Below, one piece after another: positions 13,309-19,024 of a stretch of DNA of 24,000 nt (its first letter is position 1; every line of letters begins with the position of its first letter). The stretch spans positions 21,087-45,086 of the forward strand of contig DATIJQ010000035.1 in the NCBI GenBank assembly GCA_035478375.1, in the 5' to 3' direction. Source of the stretch: Candidatus Saccharimonas sp. (GTDB taxonomy: Bacteria; Patescibacteriota; Saccharimonadia; Saccharimonadales; EFPC-124). The translations under genes were made by a program, and so were the position numbers. The notes below the pieces were generated by a model. The model was not told the DNA's origin. It worked only from the letters and a program-made list of their open reading frames with translations, and did not search any database.

Positions 13309-14727
13309 TCAGGCGAAGGGTTGCGTTTTGTACCCCGCGGCTGTTTTGCGAAGCGACCGGAATTGGCCGCTCGCGATACTTGTTGGAGTACGAAAAAGCC
13401 TCTCCATACCAAGCGCTTCCATCATATAGCCAAACCCTATCGGGGTCAACCCTTCGATCAACGAGCGAACTACATACAGGCCAGTTGTGTCCCTGCCAGC
13501 ACGATTGAGCTCAGTTGCATACCATGAAGTGCCTAGCCGATTAAGTGCTGTTTGCATCCCGATGACGTCTGTGGGGCCGGCGGGTATACCAGTTGCTTCA
13601 ATTAGGTCTTCACCTATAAGCAACTCTACCTCCGAATGATTTTCCGGTTTGTCATACCAGAATTGATGGTCCATAACATCCCGGATGTTTTCCATAGCAT
13701 TCACACTTGGCGTCTCAATATTACAGAAGGTGACATTGAGTTCCACCTCCTGTAAAGCTTTGTCCATCGCCACAATAGGCAAAGAATGCGAGGCCATGCC
13801 AAGAATGAGCCTTGGGTACGATTCTGCTTCTCGCCTGAGGATTACTAACACAACTGGCGCTAGCTCAAGAGTGAGGTTCAAAAACGTGCATGTAAACCCA
13901 AAGCTTTCTAGGCGCAAGACGCGACTCTTGAACTCGTCAGGTGGTGCTATGCGCTCGCGTTGCACACCCCAGAACCAATGAACCATAAGAGCGTCGCGCT
14001 CTATGAGTTCAAAAGCAGAGCTAAGCAATGCTACCTCAAAAGACGGGTGACAGGCAACTCCACTCGACGTCGCTGAAGTTACACGTTTACTTCCGGTTCG
14101 ATCTGGGTAGCATACTATCTCTAGAGGCAATCTAAATGCCTCATTCGTCGCCACATTCTCAACTCTGGCCCACTTTCCACTCGGCTCGCGCCCATATGGG
14201 AAATCGGCTCGCGCCAACTGCCACTCGCTATAACGCACAAACCTATGTATGTCCAGCGCAGGGACTGAGTCCTCCAGATCAACGAGCAAATCTGTATTGA
14301 CATTCGCGTCGCAACTGAGTCGTTCGTAGACTTCGGCAGCAGCTTTGAGCAAGGCTAGGTACTTCGTGTCTGCCTGGCCGAAACCTTTTGTGCGAGGCTC
14401 CGCTTTTAGCATGTAGCCTTCGCGAGGCAGGGCGAATTCTGGCCTAGTTGAGCCTTTTCGCACGACATAGGTTTCGACATTACGCTCGCCGAAATATCGC
14501 TCAAGACGACGAAGCGCGCCAATCTCATCGCCATCCTCGCTGACAACTACTCCGTACTGAGCAAGTGTACGAATTGCTGGCGTCTCTTGGACCCATTCGT
14601 TCTGGAGTTGCTTAAGCAGCGATTCTGAATCACCCCGGAGCCGCAAGCTCTTGTCTGGCGTTTCAAGGACCAAAGCGTCGCCATCATATCTCCACGAACA
14701 AAAAGGTGCTAGACGATAATGCATCAT
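13309..14727 (-). CDS. YcaO-domain protein (ATP-dependent cyclodehydratase type) with a roughly 95-aa N-terminal extension
   Basis: TKGFGQADTKYLALLKAAAEVYERLS matches the GKG.t...A..SA..EaiER.s pattern. SSGVACHPSFEVALLSSAFELIERDALMVHWF contains the canonical E..ERD motif. AGGAG RBS before the ATGATG start. Confidence 0.9.
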   Translation of the reverse strand: MMHYRLAPFCSWRYDGDALVLETPDKSLRLRGDSESLLKQLQNEWVQETPAIRTLAQYGVVVSEDGDEIGALRRLERYFGERNVETYVVRKGSTRPEFALPREGYMLKAEPRTKGFGQADTKYLALLKAAAEVYERLSCDANVNTDLLVDLEDSVPALDIHRFVRYSEWQLARADFPYGREPSGKWARVENVATNEAFRLPLEIVCYPDRTGSKRVTSATSSGVACHPSFEVALLSSAFELIERDALMVHWFWGVQRERIAPPDEFKSRVLRLESFGFTCTFLNLTLELAPVVLVILRREAESYPRLILGMASHSLPIVAMDKALQEVELNVTFCNIETPSVNAMENIRDVMDHQFWYDKPENHSEVELLIGEDLIEATGIPAGPTDVIGMQTALNRLGTSWYATELNRAGRDTTGLYVVRSLIEGLTPIGFGYMMEALGMERLFRTPTSIASGQFRSLRKTAAGYKTQPFA

Positions 14728-14806
14728 CTCCCGCTCCTAACGAAACGATAAGCTGGCCATTAAGGACTCGGATAATATTAGCACGTATGGATTTGACTGA
14801 ACAAAT

Positions 14807-15439
14807 TTACTGCGGCGTAGTAAATTTATATAAAAGGACAGACTGCCCTCCTTCAGGAAAAGGAGGTGTATAATCTTGGAACCAATATGGCCGGAAGCCG
14901 CGTGTACCATAAAAATCCAGAGTCTCAGTATTACTCTCGCTGAGTTCCGTGGCAAGTGTAATAACCTGTACGCCATTATTATGAGCTCTTTGCATACTGC
15001 GATTAAGTGCTGTGCTAGCGTAACCTTTACCTCGTGTCCTTTCGCCCGGCCTTGTAACAAGTTCACTAATGTATAAACGACGATCCCCTATTTCTTGGCC
15101 ACTATCGCTGTGGACGATTTCGCGGAAAGTTTTGCCAGCACTTAAAGTACCTCCGAGAAGGATATTAACAATTTCCCCGGTTCTGGAGTCGACTATTGCT
15201 TCGCTGTAATTCCACATCTCATCTATTCCTTGTCCAAAACGCTTTTGTTCCTTTATCATTTCTGCTGTGTAATACGGACCCGCCCCCTCTATAAAACTAC
15301 AGAGCCATAGAAGTTCTTCAGCATGCCCCTCAACGAAAGCTTGATCTACATGAACGCACTCTAAACCATCTTGTAATCGATCGACACTGCCAGTCGGAAT
15401 TTCAGATTGTGTTAGCGGTCTTTGCTCACGTTCAGTCAT
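14807..15439 (-). CDS. GNAT family N-acetyltransferase (start moved to ATG 15439)
   Basis: The acetyl-CoA motif A is ELVTRPGERTRGKGYASTALNRSMQRAHNNG (R..G.G/A pattern), followed by ETLDFYGTRGFRP. GGAG lies 10 nt upstream of ATG 15439. Confidence 0.8.
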   Translation of the reverse strand: MTEREQRPLTQSEIPTGSVDRLQDGLECVHVDQAFVEGHAEELLWLCSFIEGAGPYYTAEMIKEQKRFGQGIDEMWNYSEAIVDSRTGEIVNILLGGTLSAGKTFREIVHSDSGQEIGDRRLYISELVTRPGERTRGKGYASTALNRSMQRAHNNGVQVITLATELSESNTETLDFYGTRGFRPYWFQDYTPPFPEGGQSVLLYKFTTPQ

Positions 15440-15497
15440 TCTAGGGGCTCCATTAATGGTATTATATATTAAGTCCAACTACAGAGAAGAGGACGTC
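15440..15497. promoter_or_regulatory. 58-bp AT-rich divergent promoter region between the GNAT-ycaO operon and the dehydrogenase gene
   Basis: ggtattatatattaag gives TATAAT on the minus strand (15461-15466) and TATATT on the plus strand (15464-15469). GAGGA precedes ATG 15498. The -35 elements are unclear. Confidence 0.4.
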
Positions 15498-16442
15498 ATG
15501 GATCGCGATTCGCGTCCAGTCATGGTTGCCTGCTTAGGCAAGGATAAACAAGGTTACTGCTTTAAAACTTCCAGCGAGCGCATAGGTATACAGGAGAGGC
15601 TTGCGAACATGCTTCTACCTGTACTACATGAATCTACCGGCCATAGGACCATAGACCAATTGGCTAACGAAGATTTAGACGAGGAGATTCTTCTGACGCT
15701 ATTTGGCCAGTTTGAAGCCCTCGGCCTATGCTACGAGGCCCATAATGTCGCACTTTACGGTCACCGAGCAGCTTGTTATCCGGATCCGCTACGTCTCTAC
15801 CCGGGAGACGAAGCGGTGGAACAGCTGATGCAACTACCCTCAGACCGAGATGGTACGTTCATAAACGTACAATGCTCTGAGGACCCAAAAGCAAATATGC
15901 TAATTCGCAGAACTCAGCGCGCATTCAATGAACGGCCCATAAGTCTCAATGAAATGTCGCAGATTGCTTTCGCCAGTTATGGTCTAACTGAGGCGTGGGG
16001 CAATATCGCTCGCAGAACTGTTCCAAGCGCTGGCGCGATGTACCCCCTGCAGCTCGACTATGTTGTGCGTCGTGGGGAAGGCATGTTGGCCGGCGTATAC
16101 CGCTGGGCTAAGCAGGCAAACGGCTTCATTAGATACCGTGAAGTCGATGACCATATGCTTGAGGCATGTTTTATTGGCCAGGAATGGATGACTAGTGCAG
16201 TCATCCAGGTTATCAGTTTCGACATCGCGAGGAGTGCTGCGAAATATTCTTCAAGAGCACATCGTTTTGCGTTGCTGGAGGCTGGCCATGCCGCCCAAAA
16301 CGCGATCCTCAAGGCTACATCACTAGGCTTGGCCGCATGGGAGTACGGTGGCTACAATGATGCGGCGATGATGAAACTTGTCGAACTCGACGACCCAACA
16401 TGTGGCGTCGCAACCGTACTGTTTTACGGCCACACCGGCTAA
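15498..16442 (+). CDS. SagB-type FMN-dependent dehydrogenase (nitroreductase fold) of azole-forming RiPP pathways
   Basis: Motifs read directly: RRTQRAFNERPISLNEMSQIAF, VPSAGAMYPLQLDYVV, and RFALLEAGHAAQNAILKATSLGLAAWEYGGYNDAAM. These match the SagB-type patterns RRS.R.F...pl, PSAGalYPlE and lEaGh..QN..L.A..lGLg....GgF.D. The start is set at ATG 15498 because the track extension overlaps the GNAT gene. Confidence 0.85.
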   Translation: MDRDSRPVMVACLGKDKQGYCFKTSSERIGIQERLANMLLPVLHESTGHRTIDQLANEDLDEEILLTLFGQFEALGLCYEAHNVALYGHRAACYPDPLRLYPGDEAVEQLMQLPSDRDGTFINVQCSEDPKANMLIRRTQRAFNERPISLNEMSQIAFASYGLTEAWGNIARRTVPSAGAMYPLQLDYVVRRGEGMLAGVYRWAKQANGFIRYREVDDHMLEACFIGQEWMTSAVIQVISFDIARSAAKYSSRAHRFALLEAGHAAQNAILKATSLGLAAWEYGGYNDAAMMKLVELDDPTCGVATVLFYGHTG

Positions 16443-16482
16443 GACTGATCGTCCCGACCCTTCAATGATGGTAGGTGATACA

Positions 16483-16512
16483 ATGGGCCCATCCCGAGGC
16501 CCATTTAATTTA
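16483..16512 (+). terminator. Rho-independent terminator of the dehydrogenase gene
   Basis: ATGGGCC-catcccga-GGCCCAT forms a 7-bp stem, followed by TTAATTTAT. Confidence 0.65.
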
Positions 16513-16547
16513 TGACAGTTACACCCGACCGTGAAGATAACATATTA

Positions 16548-16581
16548 AGAAAAGTTCGAGCACATAATCTCGAACTTTTCT
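16548..16581. terminator. Perfect 13-bp hairpin just outside the distal att-like repeat (presumed pre-integration tRNA-Glu terminator)
   Basis: AGAAAAGTTCGAG-cacataat-CTCGAACTTTTCT. On the minus strand it lies 26 nt downstream of the tRNA 3'-end copy at 16608-16630 and is followed by T/A-rich sequence. Confidence 0.5.
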
Positions 16582-16607
16582 TATCTGTAAATTTTAAAAT
16601 AATGTCA

Positions 16608-16630
16608 TGGTGACCCTACCGGGACTCGAA
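16608..16630 (-). repeat. Duplicate of the 3' 23 nt of tRNA-Glu (att-like direct repeat)
   Basis: tggtgaccctaccgggactcgaa here matches tggtgaccctatcgggactcgaa at 18798-18820 in 22 of 23 positions, in the same orientation. Confidence 0.65.
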
Positions 16631-16727
16631 TTGAGAACACCTTATCCACCGCAACCCTCAGCGGTCGCGCAACGGATATAAGACTTACTATGCAAGTACA
16701 AGCAAGACGCTGGTTGGTCGGTGCCGT

Positions 16728-16749
16728 TGCCGTCAAGTTTGCCGTCAAA
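16728..16749 (+). repeat. Sub-terminal direct repeat copy A (tandem CCGTCAA half-sites)
   Basis: TGCCGTCAAGTTTGCCGTCAAA matches copy B at 18697-18718 in 20 of 22 positions. A third partial GTGCCGT lies immediately upstream. Confidence 0.5.
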
Positions 16750-16833
16750 GGCCAGAAGTAGAAAATGAGCTGATTGTAGGCCTAACACAGTTCTTACGAC
16801 AAGCGGCAATCTGCAAACTATTGGCTGACGATT

Positions 16834-17421
16834 TTAATGATGAAAGAATGAAGTTAGCGATCCGCCCCATTGTGACCAAATTGTCGCAACGCTCGCAGCA
16901 TTCGTTAGAGCGCCAGCCAAAGCGGTAAGCACCATTTTAACCACGCTTTTTTGTCGCTGCGATTGCGGTAAAGTCGCCTGTTCTGCTAGAAAAGCTAACT
17001 GTTCAATAACTTGCTGTTTTTCAGTCTCTTTAATTTCTCGAGTGGCTATAACTGTTTCTGTAAGTAGCCTTATCGCTTTAGCAACATCTTCATCGCCATT
17101 GTTCTGAATGTCGTCCATGGCAACGTCAATGCGCCCCACTTGTGCCGTATTGATCGCGCCGATTACACTACGATCAACATTAATGTGGTTGTATGTTACC
17201 GACGCGCTGTTGATTCCAGACTGTGGAATTTGAATGCGCGGCCCACGTGGGGGTAGTCCAAAAGTAGCATAGATCTGGTCGCTTAGATAATTTATCATGG
17301 CCGCATTTGTAGCCATGGCCGCTTGAGCATTTTGCGCAACCATGTTGTAATGCTCCACGCAAAGTAAACTGCCGTTCTGCATTTGATAAAAGGCGGCGCG
17401 ACTGCATTGGCTGCAATGCAT
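16834..17421 (-). CDS. Hypothetical protein (195 aa) translationally coupled to the Fic gene
   Basis: Its ATG shares one base with the Fic stop codon (TAATG at 17423-17419). It has an N-terminal Cys/His cluster (CSQCS...LCVEH), a central helical region and a hydrophobic C-terminus. I recognise no family. Confidence 0.7.
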   Translation of the reverse strand: MHCSQCSRAAFYQMQNGSLLCVEHYNMVAQNAQAAMATNAAMINYLSDQIYATFGLPPRGPRIQIPQSGINSASVTYNHINVDRSVIGAINTAQVGRIDVAMDDIQNNGDEDVAKAIRLLTETVIATREIKETEKQQVIEQLAFLAEQATLPQSQRQKSVVKMVLTALAGALTNAASVATIWSQWGGSLTSFFHH

Positions 17422-18563
17422 TAAACACCTCCCCCATTGGCGGTAAATAGCCGAATATAGTTTTGGTAGGCAAATTGCCGCCCGTACGTTGCTGCTTCAT
17501 CCGTAGGCTGAAGAATGCCTAGATTGACGAACTTCTTAATAAGCTGATTTGCAGCTGGGCGGGAGAGGCCGGTGATTTTTTCGGCAGCAGCCACGTCAAC
17601 AATTGGCTGGCTATACAAACCCTTGAGTAACTTCACCGCAGTGGGCGCCTGCTTGCCGCCAAGGGCATGGACGATAGTCATGTCTTGCTCGCGTATTGTA
17701 ATTATGTGCTTCGAGACATCAGTTGCTTCGCGAGCGACCTCGGCAACACCCTCCAAGAAAAACTCAACCCACTCATTAACTTCGCCTTTGTTATGGTAGG
17801 CGGAAAGTCGATCGAAATAGGTGTCTCGGTGCCGCTTAAAATATTCAGATAGATAAAGAATAGGGTACTCGAGCACCTTTTGGCGACACAAATACATAGT
17901 AATCAAAAGCCGCCCCGTGCGGCCGTTACCGTCCAAGAACGGGTGTATGGTTTCAAACTGGGCATGCATGAGCGCTGCATTGATAAGCGCTGGGTAGGAC
18001 TGTTTTTTGTTAAGAAAATTTTCGAAGTCACTGAGCACCCTGCCCAGTTCATGCACCGGTGGCGGAACGAAATCGGCATTGTCAGGCCGTGTGCCGCCGA
18101 TCCAGTTCTGTGTTTTGCGGATTTCACCTGGAGTCTTGCCCACACCTTCGGCGGTTTCCGCCATCAACTGCTCGTGCAGCTCGCGGATTACGCGCAGTAT
18201 TAGCGGCATTGACTTAAGTCGACTCAAGCCATAGTTAACAGCCTTTACGTAATGTAAGATGTTTTCTACGTCACGAGGTACACCTTCAGTAATATTGAGG
18301 TCAGCCTTCAATGAGTCATGCATAGTCGCTTTAGTACCTTCGATGTTGCTCGAAAGAGTAGCTTCTTTGCGGACGTACATATAAATAAAGAAATCAATGT
18401 CCGGAATAAGCTGAGCGATGCCGTCCAACTTACCGAGCGCCAGCGTGGCATCCGCAGCAAGAAGTTGGGTTTGTGACCTAAAAACAAGCGGCGTTGTGGG
18501 CGGAAAAGCATCGGGGATAAATGCCTTGAAGCCCGCAGGTTGCGTTACAAATTTACCAATCAC
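17421..18563 (-). CDS. Fic/DOC family protein (AMPylase type) with an N-terminal inhibitory motif and a C-terminal winged-helix domain
   Basis: The Fic motif HPFLDGNGRTGR fits HxFx(D/E)GNGRxxR. LSSNIEGT fits the auto-inhibitory motif (S/T)xxxE(G/N). The C-terminal ITGLSRPAANQLIKKFVNLGILQ looks like a wHTH. GTG start with AAGGA upstream. Confidence 0.9.
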   Translation of the reverse strand: MIGKFVTQPAGFKAFIPDAFPPTTPLVFRSQTQLLAADATLALGKLDGIAQLIPDIDFFIYMYVRKEATLSSNIEGTKATMHDSLKADLNITEGVPRDVENILHYVKAVNYGLSRLKSMPLILRVIRELHEQLMAETAEGVGKTPGEIRKTQNWIGGTRPDNADFVPPPVHELGRVLSDFENFLNKKQSYPALINAALMHAQFETIHPFLDGNGRTGRLLITMYLCRQKVLEYPILYLSEYFKRHRDTYFDRLSAYHNKGEVNEWVEFFLEGVAEVAREATDVSKHIITIREQDMTIVHALGGKQAPTAVKLLKGLYSQPIVDVAAAEKITGLSRPAANQLIKKFVNLGILQPTDEAATYGRQFAYQNYIRLFTANGGGV

Positions 18564-18564
18564 G

Positions 18565-18595
18565 TACTTAACATCCTTTTATACAATGTTAAGTA
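18565..18595. promoter_or_regulatory. Operator-like palindrome IR1 over the Fic -10 / RBS region
   Basis: TACTTAACAT, an 11-nt spacer, then ATGTTAAGTA: perfect 10-bp arms. Confidence 0.55.
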
Positions 18596-18620
18596 TAACC
18601 CGTCGAACTTAACATTGCAA
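18592..18620 (-). promoter_or_regulatory. Predicted Fic promoter
   Basis: The minus strand reads TTGCAA, a 17-nt spacer, then TATACT. The -35 lies in the spacer of IR2 and the -10 overlaps an arm of IR1. Confidence 0.45.
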
Positions 18621-18637
18621 CATTAAATGTTAAGTTC
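18605..18637. promoter_or_regulatory. Operator-like palindrome IR2 over the Fic -35 region
   Basis: GAACTTAACAT, an 11-nt spacer, then ATGTTAAGTTC: perfect 11-bp arms. It has the same core and spacer length as IR1, and the two centres are about 41 bp apart. Confidence 0.55.
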
Positions 18638-18696
18638 ATAGTGACACGTTGCCCTGCGGTTGTGTATATGTTGACGCAAGGAATTTCGGATTTTAC

Positions 18697-18718
18697 TGCC
18701 GTCAAGATTACCGTCAAA
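18697..18718 (+). repeat. Sub-terminal direct repeat copy B
   Basis: TGCCGTCAAGATTACCGTCAAA lies about 80 nt inside the tRNA-proximal end of the islet. Confidence 0.5.
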
Positions 18719-18744
18719 TCCCGTTTTTAGCATAATCAACACCT

Positions 18745-18780
18745 AACAAAACAAACTAGCAACCGGGGTGAGGTTGCTAG
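18745..18780 (-). terminator. Rho-independent terminator of tRNA-Glu
   Basis: The minus strand reads CTAGCAACC-tcacccc-GGTTGCTAG (9 bp), followed by TTTGTTTTGTT. Confidence 0.65.
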
Positions 18781-18797
18781 TTTGGCTAATCTCAATC

Positions 18798-18872
18798 TGG
18801 TGACCCTATCGGGACTCGAACCCGAGTTGCCGCCGTGAGAGGGCGATGTCCTAACCGCTAGACGATAGGGCC
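18798..18872 (-). tRNA. tRNA-Glu: tRNA-Glu (anticodon CUC), CCA-encoded, 75 nt
   Basis: Hand-folded cloverleaf: acceptor GGCCCTA/TAGGGTC, D arm GTCT-AGCGGTTA-GGAC, anticodon arm TCGCC-CTCTCAC-GGCGG, variable loop CAAC, T arm TCGGG-TTCGAGT-CCCGA, then ACCA. Confidence 0.9.
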
Positions 18873-18973
18873 ATATTTGGGCCCGTCTACGTAAAAGGTT
18901 TAGGGCCAAATTCGCCTCTCATCGTAGCATGACAGGGGCGGCATGTCTACGCTGTGAAATAAGTTTTGGGGCT

Positions 18974-19008
18974 GCAAGGAGAGTGCAGGGTCTGGGCACT
19001 CCCCTTGC
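18974..19008 (-). terminator. Hairpin after the 297-aa gene (no clear U-run)
   Basis: GCAAGGAGAGTGC-agggtctgg-GCACTCCCCTTGC forms a 13-bp stem with one mismatch, 17 nt past the stop at 19025. Confidence 0.4.
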
Positions 19009-19024
19009 TTGTGTCAGGTGTCCG

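Larger units (their letters stand above)
16608..18820 (-). mobile_element. About 2.2 kb tRNA-Glu-associated islet (Fic gene plus 195-aa gene) bounded by att-like direct repeats, with no integrase
   Basis: Direct repeats of the tRNA 3' end lie at both ends, and sub-terminal 22-nt direct repeats lie just inside each end. The cargo is two genes. No recombinase ORF lies between the repeats. Confidence 0.45.

Noticed and set aside
12975-13412. A 145-aa minus-strand ORF spanning the ycaO 3' end, the precursor region and the TehB 5' end
   Set aside because: It overlaps two well-supported genes and runs through a strong terminator hairpin. Its Arg/His/Gly-rich translation is the typical out-of-frame shadow of GC-rich DNA. 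The 37-aa frame with an SD sequence is the better reading.
14737-15066. A 109-aa minus-strand ORF overlapping the 3' half of the GNAT gene in another frame
   Set aside because: It is nested inside a gene with a clear acetyl-CoA binding motif, and its translation is hydrophobic with no motifs.
15456-15497. The ORF-track start of the dehydrogenase at 15456 (MVLYIKSNYREEDV...) and the GNAT start at 15478
   Set aside because: These extensions overlap each other on opposite strands and consume the whole divergent promoter. The internal ATGs at 15498 and 15439 each have an SD sequence and leave a 58-bp AT-rich control region.
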